DNA of 63,519 nt, filler included, from Saprolegnia diclina VS20 (lineage: Eukaryota): NCBI RefSeq assembly GCF_000281045.1. It is 9 parts of 5 records of this genome, joined end to end, with 100 filler letters (N's around TTAATTAATTAA, not from the genome) between each part and the next. Parts side by side here need not be neighbours in the genome. Positions count along the whole stretch, not along the records: positions 1 to 18,244 come from NW_008246182.1; positions 18,345 to 39,688 come from NW_008246182.1; 7 more parts are not named here. One strand, 5' to 3'. The notes beneath the pieces are model-generated. The model saw nothing but the letters and a program-made list of their open reading frames with translations. It was not told the DNA's origin and did no database searches. Positions 12,069 through 23,033 of this stretch are shown here, in pieces (position 1 is the first letter of the stretch; each line of letters begins with the position of its first letter). The translations under genes and the position numbers were made by a program.

Positions 12069-12867
12069 CGTGCACTGTAGCAATCGTCTGGCGAATTCCG
12101 GCGGCGTGTCGCAATTAATTCGCTTACATAAGCACTTACCCCGCGGCGTGGCGCCGTACGGAATGGGCAAGGCGATCGCGATGCTTTTCGTCCAACGTAT
12201 TGCAATGCGACTAAATGCTGTCCACACCATCCATCTGGTGTCCAGCGTGTCAACCATACCCCTGCCGGCGTCAGCAAACAGCGGTCCAAGCTTGCTTTGT
12301 CTTTTATAAGCGAATTATACACCGTATCCGTACGAGTACATCCCGCATTAAGCTGTCACCTACCGATAATCCAAGGAATTGCTTTCACACAGTATAAGGT
12401 ACTACTGGTCTACTCCTTTGATGTGAGCTTTGGACATGCGCCTTTTTACTATTTGTTCGAGCTGGAACCTCCCATTACGCACCTTCGTCGGCCTCTGGAA
12501 CCTACACTTGACCCGTTCCCGTGTCACCAAGACTTGCATAATCCGCTTCCGGGCGACTCAAGCTACTCGCGTCAAGGCGGCAGTTTGCCGTTGGCCGTTG
12601 AAGCGCCCACAGTCGGGCTGAATTGACGGCCTAGTATGGACCCGGCGCTGTCAACTCGGCGTAATAATTCGCGCCGCGCACTTGGTCTTTGTATGCGGAA
12701 TTAAATATGCGTTTAAAAAGGCCGCGCTCGACGTGGAAACCGTGTCATTTTGATGCAAATATTTATTGTATCTACAAATATCAAGATTAGACAGAATAAA
12801 AATATATCTCGGTCTTTTTCGTCCGTATACCTGTATCCATCGGGCGAGTTGCGGCGCAGAGTCCAAG

Positions 12868-14278
12868 ATGACGGCGGCAAGCAGCAGCAAGGTCAAGCAC
12901 ACGCGGTACTATGAGCTCATGGGCGTCGCCGTGGACGCTTCCGCCGAGGACCTCAAGAAGGCCTACCGCCGCAAGGCGCTGCAGCTCCATCCCGACAAGC
13001 GCGGCAACACGCCCGAGGCGCAGGACGAGTTCACGGCCATGAAGGCAGCCTACGACGTCTTGAGCGACCCAAAGCAGCGCGAGATCTACGACACGATGGG
13101 CGAAGACGGCCTCCGCGTCATGAACGACTTTGGCGAAATGCGATTCGACGACGTGGTCACCGCGGCTGTCGGCGCCGTCGCGGCCATGAGCGCCTGCGCC
13201 AAGGCCATGATCTTCATGGCCGTGCTTCTCGGACTTGGCCTCGCCCTCTTGGTGCCCAGTACGTTGCAACGATACAGATATATTCTAACGCGCGATGCTA
13301 GTCTTTTGGTGCCTCCGCGCCGACGACGACGTCGACTGGTCCTGGATCAACGTGTTTGCGCCCATGTGGCTCCTCGACGCGATGTACCTGTGCTGGACGG
13401 GCTGCTCCATCGCGGCCGGCGATGCCACCGACGACGTCGACGCGTCCGACCGTCCGTCGCGCACCACGCGGTTCCTTGCCAAAGGGTACGAGCAGCACAT
13501 CATGCATCTCTGTGCCAAGCGTTGCTGTCTGTAGCGCGGTGGTGCTGCACATTCTACTGTTTGTCTTGACGCAGATCTTTGTCGCAATGAAGCTCCAGGG
13601 CTCGGTCACTTGGAGTTGCGCTGTCGTTTTGGCACCGCTCTTTGCACTCGAAGGCTTGTACTTGAGCGAGAAGCTGCTGGTGGCTTACCGCGTCTACGAT
13701 GCCTTCCGCGCCAAGCCGGATGCGGCCGTGCATTTCCTCGTTCGTGAGATTGTACGGTCGTGTCTCGTGAGCGTGCTCTCGCTCTCGTTTGAGATCCTCG
13801 TTGCGCTCCGCATCGACAAGGTCCTTGCCGCTTCGTGGTGGCTCGTCTTCCTCCCGGTGTGGCTCCTTCTGGCGCTTTTGGCCGCGCCACTCCTGCGCGC
13901 AATGACCATTCGTCCGCCAGCTGGCGACGACGACGCACACACGCCGTCCTATGGCATGCATGCGTGCTTGCTTGTCGGACTCGCCGCGCTCGTGAGCCCT
14001 TTTGTGCTCCTCGCTGCGCGCCTCGAAATGTCCTTCGAGACCTCGCTCTACGTGCTCTTACCGTGGTTCCTTGTTGTAAGACTCGAATGGTGAGACTAGA
14101 GACTCATGCAAATGTCTCGTAGGCGGGCGCCGTGCTGCTGACCATCTGCCTGTGTCTCTGCTGTCTGCGGCCCATTGAAGCGCCCAAGGATGACGACGAC
14201 GGGCCGAGTGTCGAGTCGCCCCGCAACAACACGGACGCGTCGCCACACCCGTACTACCACGACGACAACATGGCCTAG
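12868..14278 (+). CDS. DnaJ (J-domain) protein fused to a multi-pass TMEM185/FAM11-like membrane region
   Basis: YYELMGV..LKKAYRRKALQLHPDK..AYDVLSDPKQREIYD, followed by repeated 'LRxD..WSW..VFxPxW' TM units and a CLCLCC cluster near the C-terminus. Confidence 0.85.
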
Positions 14279-14554
14279 TCCGGTCGTCCTCGGCGAATAA
14301 TGTAGCGAGGAGAACTATGTATTGTCAAGTGTACATGATTTATGTACTCTACGACCATTTTAGTAACCCAGTGCGTAGTGCAGAGCACCCTATTCGCAGA
14401 CGGACGTCGTGGCCAAGCGCCACGAGGCAGTTGTCGTGATGGTGTAGCATCGACGCAGACAGTGTTCACTGCAAGACACTGTTTTCCATCATGACACAGT
14501 GTATGGATTAAAGTTACGAAATACAATGCAGCACAATGGGATACGAAGTCTCTT

Positions 14555-16108
14555 CTACATACCGGCTTCCTTGGGGAAAGGCGTCTTGGACTCGTTGTAG
14601 TCGGCGTCTTCGCCCGAGAGCTCTTCGAGCGTGAGGCCCTTGGTCTCCGGCACCCAGAACGAGAAGAGAAGACCCATAAAGCAGCACGCCGAGAAGATGT
14701 AGAGCACACGGTCAAAGCCCCACGTCTTGGCGACAACTGCAAAGCACTGCGCTGCAAGGATCGCACCAGCCTTGCCCGAGGCGGCCGAGATACCGTGACC
14801 CGTCGAGCGCACGGCGGTCGGGAACACTTCGGCAGGGATGATGAACGTCGTCGTGTTGGGGCCAAAGTTGAAGAAGAACTGCGCGAACGAGTAGATGACA
14901 ACGAAGAGGGTGTTGTAGCTCTCCTTGAGATCGTCAAAGAAGACGGCAAGCGAGAGGAAGAGCAGCGTGAGCATGGTGAAACCCATGTATTGGATCGGCT
15001 TGCGACCCCACTTTTCGACAAAGAAGACCGTGAACCAGTAGCCGGGCACCGTGCCGGCCAAGTTGATCAAGACCGTACCGACAGCGCGGTTCCACAAATC
15101 GTCAAAGATCTTTTGGTTGCCCTTGGTCGTCGGCTTGCCGTAGCCGATGAAGCCAAGCACCACCGGCGTGTTGAGCGACGTGCCGTAGTAGCCAATGTCG
15201 AGGAAGAACCAACAAGCCGCGCAACCGATGAGCACCTTGGCGTTCTTCCACTGGCAAAAGTACGACGTGAACGCTTCGCGGAACGACTTGGCCGTGTTGG
15301 GCTTGGGCACCGTGCCGTTGTCGTCGTGCTTCGTACCGTCCAAGAACTGGTTGGCGTTGCGGACACCCTGCTCGGCGTCACCGAGGACGTCGACGGTGAA
15401 GCGCGGCGTCTCGGGGATGCGGAGGCGCCAGTAGACAGCAGCCAAAGCGGGAATCGCACCGAAACCGGCCAGAATGCGCCAGCAGTAGCCGAGGTTGACA
15501 GCGCCATCATCGACGATGCTGGTCTTGAAAACGGCGAGGACGAGCACGGCCATGCCGGCGCCGAGAATGATACCGAAACCCTGCATCGCAAAGACGGCAG
15601 CGATGAACTGACCGCGGCGGCTGCTGGACGCAAACTCACTCGTGATGACGGCCGAGACGGGGTAGTCACCGCCGACGCCGATACCCAAGATGAAGCGCCA
15701 GACGGCAAGCATGATGAGGACGTTGTCGGCCTCGCCGTTGATGGGCCAGACAGCGAGCGCGCAGAGAAGCGCACCAAAAATCAAGATGATGAGCTCAATG
15801 CCGTACACCTTCTTGCGGCCGAGGATATCGCCGAGGACGGCGAACGAGAGCTGACCGACCGCGTTACCCCACGACGACGCGGCCTTGACCCAGCCATCGG
15901 CGCGGGACGACGGAAGACTGCCTTGGTGGTAGTACTCCCACGCAATCATGGGCACAATGAGGCCAATGACAAAGTTGTCGTACGAGTCGACGAGGAAACC
16001 AGAGCCAGCGACAAGCATCGCACGGAGATGCGCCTTGGAGAACGTGGCCTGATCGAGGTTGGCAAACACCTCGCGGCGGTTCTGCGCGGGCTCGATCGGT
16101 GTCGACAT
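14555..16108 (-). CDS. PHO84: Phosphate:H+ symporter (PHS, Pho84/PHT1-like MFS)
   Basis: AGSGFLVDSYD, GIGVGGDYPVSA, VFAMQGFG, PETPRFT, FFFNFGPNTTTFIIPAEVFPT..RSTGHGISAASGK and PETKG. Confidence 0.97.
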   Translation of the reverse strand: MSTPIEPAQNRREVFANLDQATFSKAHLRAMLVAGSGFLVDSYDNFVIGLIVPMIAWEYYHQGSLPSSRADGWVKAASSWGNAVGQLSFAVLGDILGRKKVYGIELIILIFGALLCALAVWPINGEADNVLIMLAVWRFILGIGVGGDYPVSAVITSEFASSSRRGQFIAAVFAMQGFGIILGAGMAVLVLAVFKTSIVDDGAVNLGYCWRILAGFGAIPALAAVYWRLRIPETPRFTVDVLGDAEQGVRNANQFLDGTKHDDNGTVPKPNTAKSFREAFTSYFCQWKNAKVLIGCAACWFFLDIGYYGTSLNTPVVLGFIGYGKPTTKGNQKIFDDLWNRAVGTVLINLAGTVPGYWFTVFFVEKWGRKPIQYMGFTMLTLLFLSLAVFFDDLKESYNTLFVVIYSFAQFFFNFGPNTTTFIIPAEVFPTAVRSTGHGISAASGKAGAILAAQCFAVVAKTWGFDRVLYIFSACCFMGLLFSFWVPETKGLTLEELSGEDADYNESKTPFPKEAGM

Positions 16109-16111
16109 GAT

Positions 16112-16132
16112 CGAGTGAAATTGAAAAGTGAG
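16112..16132 (-). promoter_or_regulatory. Oomycete INR/FPR core promoter element
   Basis: CTCACTTTTCAATTTCAC just upstream of the transporter ATG. Similar TCA(C/T)T..ATT elements lie at about 31952, 36852, 42641, 47521 and 51617, each just before an ATG. Confidence 0.65.
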
Positions 16133-18242
16133 GAGAGGGTTATCGCGCGCCTTTGGCTGGTGTGCTACGTCTTAGCCGCGTCGTCCATGGAGCAGTGGGC
16201 TGCAGATTCAAGGGTCCATGTACAAAGATTCCAACGGTAGAGCATTGGAATCTTCACGTCAACCAATGCCACGTCCAACTCTCTCGGCCGTGATTTCGTT
16301 AGTTTTTGTCCTGCATGTGTCATCGTAACCAAACGTCGACGGAAATGAGCGGCCGGCGTGCGGCGGCCACCATATGGCACGGCAAGCCGCGGTCCCATTA
16401 CGAGAGGAATCCAAGGCGCGGCATTGTACGCTGCGATAAAAACGCCAGGCTATTTCAACACATAGATCGGCTGTACAGAGATGAACACGAGGCACTGACA
16501 GTAGACACGGCGCGCGTGATTAGATAAAACCCCATGCACGTCATCTCTTCTCGCTCACCTCACCGACAATCATCGTCAATATATAGCAAATGTACATTAA
16601 ACTTCAGGCTGCGCTGGGCCAATGCTTTCGTGCGCCCTAAGTATGCAACTTACGGAACCTCTGTGGCGGTTTTGCAACGTCACTTGTTGGTGTTCATGTG
16701 TGCCGCCACGTGAGCCGGAAAGAAGATAGTGACGGTGTTGAGGTGTACGAGGCGCGGACCACGAGGCCTCAGCGGCGCTATTGCTGAGAACGTGCGCACT
16801 TGTCACGCATGTAGCTCAACAAGTTTATTCAAGCCCTCATCGAGACGCCTCTCCAAAGCAGCAATATTGTGCTCAATAATTGGTCATCCAAGGGGCTTCT
16901 CACCAGCGCATGTAGATGTAATTTATATTTCTGTCGACTCACTTTCCATCGAAACAGATTCCTTTTTCAACGACCGGTTGCCCTCCGTTTGCCATCAGCA
17001 GTGTGGCAGAGCTCGCCGGCAGACTGAAACCCAAAGGAAATCGCACGCTGTGAGGGTTGGGTTATCTTCCCACCCTGGCTCTAAATCTTTTATTGCGTCC
17101 ATTATTTATAAGCTTAGCTAGTTTGGAGTTTGGATTTGCGCACCGCGCGATCCGAGCGTCGACTACAGTCACGCACCCACGACCAAGCTGGAGGGAGATC
17201 CCACTGTAGCTCCCACTGTGCGAGGCCAGGTCTCGAGGCAGCTGGCACCGATGATGCCGGCGTGGTACGGCTGTCGAATCTGTTTGTCTTCAGATTCGTT
17301 CACGATACATAACGAATCTGAGACCCGTACGACAGCATCAACCCCGTTACGGATGGTCTGAGGCAGCTTCTGAGGCGAGTCGAATAGAACGCTCATCGCT
17401 CCACGAAGTGCTTCGCTGGGAACGTCGATGAGGATGCTGGGCACACCTACGACGCAAACCAGAGGAAAAGGGTTGCGCACCTGAAGAAATGCTGTGTGCA
17501 TGCTGGACGCTTGATGTGATCAACCGAATGGCTCGCAGCTTTTTATACGAGGTTCACTGCAATCTCTATCGGCCCTATTGTTTACGGTAGACCGGTACGC
17601 ACGTTCCTCGGTCCGTCAAACATCCCGCCCACCATGTCGCAGTCGGTGGGAATCTCCACCATAAACTCCTCTTGGTTGCATTTTACTGCTGCACTCGTTG
17701 CTAGTTCCCGTTGTTGTGTCCCGAAACCGCCTATTTCATCGTGGAGATGCGTGCAAGCGGGCGGGTGTGACCGACTATGCGTTGGATTTGCATTTGAGAG
17801 CGCGATTTCGTCTTTTGGGCAGGCTGCCACCTACGTGAGTTTCACAAGCTCAAGATTGATAACTTCATTTGGCCGCGTGTTTGAGTGCACCGGTCAAGAC
17901 ACTCAACGTCTCCAACCTGCGCTTTGACGTGGCCAAGGAAATAATTTAACGCAGCATTAGCTCGCAGCATTTGGTGTTGCGTGTACGTTGTCTACCGGCT
18001 CACGAAGCATCCAATCTTCACGTACCGTGGAAAATCAGAGACAGGGCACGCACGAGAGCAGAGGCACAGACCCAACGAGCTAACTCCTCGTACTATTATA
18101 GTAGAGTATGTCGCTTGGCGTCTAAATCGGCCATATGGTCCAAGAAAAGTTGCTTAGATGGGCTTCGCCGTTTTAAAACGCATGACGTGGCACGCTCTCG
18201 CGCGTTCTCTCTTGTAGTCGATTCCCTCGAGCAACCTAACAC

Positions 18243-18533
18243 ATNNNNNNNNNNNNNNNNNNNNNNNNNNNNNNNNNNNNNNNNNNNNTTAATTAATTAA
18301 NNNNNNNNNNNNNNNNNNNNNNNNNNNNNNNNNNNNNNNNNNNNGTTGTCGCCAAGACGTGGGGCTTTGACCGTGTGCTCTACATCTTCTCGGCGTGCTG
18401 CTTTATGGGTCTTCTCTTCTCGTTCTGGGTGCCGGAGACCAAGGGCCTCACGCTCGAAGAGCTCTCGGGTGAGCCAGCGCTGGCCATGCACTACGCCGAA
18501 GCAGCCACGCCGTACGCCAAGGAAAGCATCTAA
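18243..18533 (+). CDS. Second Pho84-like phosphate transporter, body hidden in assembly gap (only C-terminus visible)
   Basis: 18344-18467 is essentially the reverse complement of about 14614-14737 (VVAKTWGFDRVLYIFSACC..PETKGLTLEELSG) with a different tail, EPALAMHYAEAATPYAKESI*. The contig before the gap ends in 'acat', possibly the ATG. Confidence 0.8.
18245..18343. other. Assembly spacer (N..TTAATTAATTAA..N); also at about 39689, 42529, 48020, 50233, 52835, 54009 and 62305
   Basis: An identical six-frame-stop 12-mer sits in the middle of about 100-N runs, eight times. Confidence 0.97.
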
Positions 18534-19071
18534 CAACACCATCGCCTACAGTGCAAAGCTGCAACACCATATCTTGATAATTCCATTTTCCTGGCCGATA
18601 CAAAATCGACCAATACTGTATAAATATATTCTTATCTTGCCAAGAGATCAACTGCAGGTCATTCCATACCTGTTGTACAAGTTGTACTCGCAAAACGTGC
18701 CGAGTCAAGGATACTAGTAAGCAAAAGCACTGAGGTACTAACAACCCTAGTCCGACAGAGAGCAAAGGATTTCATATGATGTTCACACGTAGCTTTTGAA
18801 TAGCGTGGATACTAACATACTCGGATACGCTGCACGCGTTGGCAACCGACTGCCGCCAGCGGGGGTTGGAAACAGAATAAAATACACTGGACATAAAGTT
18901 GCTGTTCCCAGCGAGTTCGTGGCCGTTCCTCAAATACCTTTTTGGCCAATCAGATCTCGTGCCACCCGCAAATCTTTGATTTGAGCCAATCCTGGCACGC
19001 GTTGCCCGTTCCGACCAGACGAACGCCACAGGATGCAGGAAGCATCCTCGTTGCATTTGCCAGGTGTCGCC

Positions 19072-20109
19072 ATGGACGACCAGATCCAGGAGCTTGTCCG
19101 TAGCATCTACGCTGGCAGCGCCACGTCAGTCGTCTTTGAGGCCATGGACGTCGGTGTCCTCTCCAACGTCGTTCATGTCACCGTGACGCTGCCGACGCGC
19201 GTCGAGCACTTGATCGCCAAGTTCCCGCGCCCCGAGTTCCCGATGATGCACGCCATGTTTGCGGTCGAAGCGGCCTTTTACACGCGCACCGACAAGGCGA
19301 AAGTTCCGTTCCAGCTTCCACCGCTTTTGTCGGCCTCGGCGGACGCAATCGTCCTTCAAAAGCTCGCCAACGTCACCTCGTACTCGTGCTACGACGGGTG
19401 CCCACCAGCGCGCGTGCTGTCGATTCTCATGCAGCTCGCCACGCTGCACGCCGCGTACTGGGGCCAGTCGTTTCCGGAGCTGGCGGCGATTCCAGGCATT
19501 GGCGCCAACTTGAGCGTGCAAGAAAAGCAGACGCACTTTTGTACGCGCTACGCACCGTTCTATGCCGACCTCGGACTGCCGCCGACGACGCGCGCCGAGC
19601 TCGACCACCTCTGCAGCACCCTCGCGCAGGGCACGCGACTCACGCGCCTCCACGAAGCGGTAGAAAGCTGGCACAAGACACTCATCCACGGGGACTTACA
19701 CGTGGCCAACATGCTCTTTGATGACCATCACATTGTGCTCTTGGACTGGGCCACGTGCGGCAGTAGCAACCCGCTGCGGGACGTCGCCTTCTTCTTTACC
19801 GTTAGCGTCACGCGCGCGGTGCGAGAAGCCGTGGAAGCGCCGAGTCTCCGCGCCTACGCGACGACTTTGGCCGACGCGATTCCTGCTCTGTCGATCGAGG
19901 CCATCGAGACCATGTACTACCTCTGCGTCCTCAACCAGTTTGTGATCCTCGTTGGCTACAATGCGCTCACGATGAGTCTCGCGACTCTCGGATCGACGCC
20001 GGCCAAGCAAGCGCAGCTCCGAGATGGCTTCCTCGAGACCAACAAGCGCAGCTGCGCCGCCGCGCTACACGCGTTCCAAATGCTCGCCCAGCACGCTTTG
20101 TTTCAATAA
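19072..20109 (+). CDS. APH/choline/ecdysteroid kinase-like phosphotransferase
   Basis: GVLSNV, LIAKF, EAAFY, TLIHGDLHVANMLF (Brenner motif), LLDW and PLRDVAFF. Confidence 0.88.
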   Translation: MDDQIQELVRSIYAGSATSVVFEAMDVGVLSNVVHVTVTLPTRVEHLIAKFPRPEFPMMHAMFAVEAAFYTRTDKAKVPFQLPPLLSASADAIVLQKLANVTSYSCYDGCPPARVLSILMQLATLHAAYWGQSFPELAAIPGIGANLSVQEKQTHFCTRYAPFYADLGLPPTTRAELDHLCSTLAQGTRLTRLHEAVESWHKTLIHGDLHVANMLFDDHHIVLLDWATCGSSNPLRDVAFFFTVSVTRAVREAVEAPSLRAYATTLADAIPALSIEAIETMYYLCVLNQFVILVGYNALTMSLATLGSTPAKQAQLRDGFLETNKRSCAAALHAFQMLAQHALFQ

Positions 20110-20793
20110 ATACTGGAAAACATGGTCGGGTTTGGGGCTCGAAGTGGGGCGCAACACACGTAGCATCGCGAGATGAACGTCGTCGTTGTGCGAAGCAGAT
20201 ATTTATGGAAGCTTCGACGGGCGACATGACCTTGACGAGATATGGAGGCACCACCGGCACAGTAGACGACAATGTACGTTTCGGCAAAGGTACCTCGGCA
20301 ACACTTGGATTTTAGCATGGCATGATAACTTATGGCTGAGAAACGGAAACAGTGCAAGGCAAAGTCAATGACGTGGCAGCCCGACGTGCGAGTGAGAAAT
20401 GGACGGTGCTCAAGCAAGGAATTCGGCAATGTCGGCTGTGAGAGCCAGAGCGCTCTCTTCTATTGCTAGCGTGGCGAAAGACCCTGAGAGCAAGTACGGG
20501 TCGTAGCACACTGGCCACCGCGCCTATATCCCTTCATGCGGCAAGGCCATTTGGCAAGGTCGACAGTTCGATCCAGGTGGGCAAACGAGCAAAGTCGGGT
20601 AGTTGACTAGTAGATAATTACCAGGGCAATCTCGGTAGAAGGAACAGTCGCTCCAACGTACTAGTAAGTCTCAGGCGGTGGTCAGTCGACGTAATGAGCC
20701 TCCCGAGATGCAAGCACGTTCGTTCAACCTCCTTCGCCCTTGTGCGGGTCGCGCTGCCTGTGACGATAGCATCATTCTGCTATTTCCCGTGTC

Positions 20794-22436
20794 ATGCGCA
20801 GTCATTTGCTGAGCTTTGTGAGCGCGCTTGTCGCGCTCGTGGCCGCCCAAACGATTGTGTTTCCAACGTCAGCGCCCGTCTCGTGCCCCGTGCCCGCGAT
20901 TCGCCAGTCGTGGCTCAACATGACGGCGGCGGACCAGCAGACGTACCTCGACGCCGTCGGTATCGCGATGGACAAGGGCTATCACTTCAACTTTTTGCAA
21001 ATTTTGTCCGAGTCCGACACGTACTACGAGTACTACTCGACGTGCGGGTGGGCGTACAGCAGCCGCCGCCTCCTCCTCGCCTACCAAAACATGCTGCGCA
21101 GCCTCGGCCCCGCGTACGCGTGCATTACGATTCCGTACTGGGACTACTTTGCCGACAATGCGCAAATCCAAACCGGCGCCTGCGACGGCACGCTGGGCAA
21201 CTGCTCGGGGATTCTATCGAGCATGGGCGGCAACGCCGGGGCACCGACGACGCTCACGATCGACGGCATCCCCGTGAGTGGCGCCGCGACGACAAGTAGC
21301 CCACTCAACCGGTTCTGCGAGCTCTACAACATTAGCTGCTCCGGGTACGTGCCCCGGGGCCCCAACTGGAGCACCACAAGCTTCCCCGCCGGCTTTGGGT
21401 ACGCGACGCTCGCCAACATGCTCAAGAAGGCGACGAGCTTTTACTCGTTCACGTTTGGCCTCAAGAATGGCATCCACAGTACGTGCACACATTGTCAATG
21501 GTCTTGTCGACCGGATACTATGTGACATGTGTAGACAGTATGCACTTGGCGCTGGGTGGTGTCATGGCCGACGCGAACCACACCATGGCGGACCCGCTCT
21601 TCTTTAGTCAGCAGTACGCTTATTGGACTATCGCCACGGTAGTTGCTGATCATGCTTGTAGCGCGGCGCTCGACATGATGGTGCAAGTGTACATCGAGTG
21701 CTACTTTGGGACCAACCGGACTGTCGAGAAGAAGCAAACCAGTCCGTGGGCGTTCTCTGTCTGCGCGCCGTCGATCGCTGAGATGCCACGTGCACCGCGC
21801 GTCACGTCCAACATCACGCAGCGCCTCCCGCAGTCGTTTGAAAATTACACGACGATTGTGGACGCGGCCGACCACCCCGTGATTGGCCAGTTCTTTGCGT
21901 CGACACCGACCGCCTACTTTTCGTACGTCGATGCGACGGACATGGGCGCCTTGAGCTACACCTACGAGAAGAACGTGCTCGTGTCAAGTCTCCTCGCCAA
22001 CGGGTACATCTGCCCCATCAAGGTCTACAAACGCCGCCGCCTCGTCGACGACACCAGCCTTACTGCGAAGACGGCGGCCGCACGCTGGCCGAGAAACTCG
22101 CGCTACACGGCGGTCCAGCGCCTCAACAAGCTCCGTCGCCAGTTCTTGGCCAAGGCTATGACGTACACGTCGTACAAGCTGGACGCGGCGCTCGAGCTCT
22201 ACGCGGCGGCTGAGTGCTTGATCGCCAACACTCGGACGCCAGCGGTCGCCACGACCGGCATCTTCTCCACTAAGCCGATGGCGATTTTCACCAGTGCGTC
22301 GACGACGCCCGTGACGGAGACGGTGTCGGCGCCCTGCAGCTCGCCCGCCCTCACGCTCCTCGGCAGATCGGCGAATGCATTTGAGCTTCGTGACTACATG
22401 CTTCGTTTCGTCAAGCGCACCAGCACGATCACGTAG
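20794..22436 (+). CDS. Secreted tyrosinase-like (type-3 copper fold) protein, 2 introns, CuA site degenerate
   Basis: Signal peptide, IRQSW..YLDAV..AMDKG and YQNMLRSL..ITIPYWD. Spliced CuB reads GIHNSMH...DPLFFSQHAALD. The CuA His positions carry L/Y/S. Confidence 0.85.
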
Positions 22437-22638
22437 CCGACGACGTGCTATCTGACAGACCATTATTCTGTGTCGACCCCCACCGATCGAAGGTATCCTG
22501 CATGCACTTAATGTCTGTGTAACGAGTAAATACACGCTACGAGTTGCCTCGGCATCATGGGCACTGGCATGGCAAGGGTGGAGCAAGTGCAACCGTCTGA
22601 CGACGTGTAGACCACCCCCCACACAGACAATACTGTGC

Positions 22639-22640
<2 letters not shown>

Positions 22641-22734
<94 letters not shown>

Positions 22735-22834
22735 NNNNNNNNNNNNNNNNNNNNNNNNNNNNNNNNNNNNNNNNNNNNNNNNNNNNNNNNNNNNNNNNNN
22801 NNNNNNNNNNNNNNNNNNNNNNNNNNNNNNNNNN

Positions 22835-22906
<72 letters not shown>
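22641..22906. repeat. (GATA)n microsatellite interrupted by a gap
   Basis: Perfect GATA runs on both sides of a 100-N gap. Confidence 0.98.
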
Positions 22907-23033
22907 GCCGTGATTTGGCGCAAATACAACCTCAGGCGATGTACCCGTATGCAAAGATCTATCCAACGACTCCCATCTCGATAGTCTCCCATCAGTACCA
23001 TCAAATAACGACAAGTTGCGTTTCAATGAGCAG

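Noticed and set aside
14795..16240. 481-aa plus-strand ORF and many similar long antisense ORFs (e.g. 42649..43890, 39953..40894, 29365..30276)
   Set aside because: Shadow frames of high-GC3 genes on the opposite strand, with no motifs.
16200..18240. Short ORFs between the transporter genes; likewise in 33100-34600, 35100-36800 and 41000-42500
   Set aside because: They lack codon bias and recognisable motifs, so were treated as intergenic or decayed sequence.
18289..18300. Recurring TTAATTAATTAA as a biological repeat or CRISPR-like element
   Set aside because: Always centred in N-runs. It is an artificial six-frame-stop scaffold linker.
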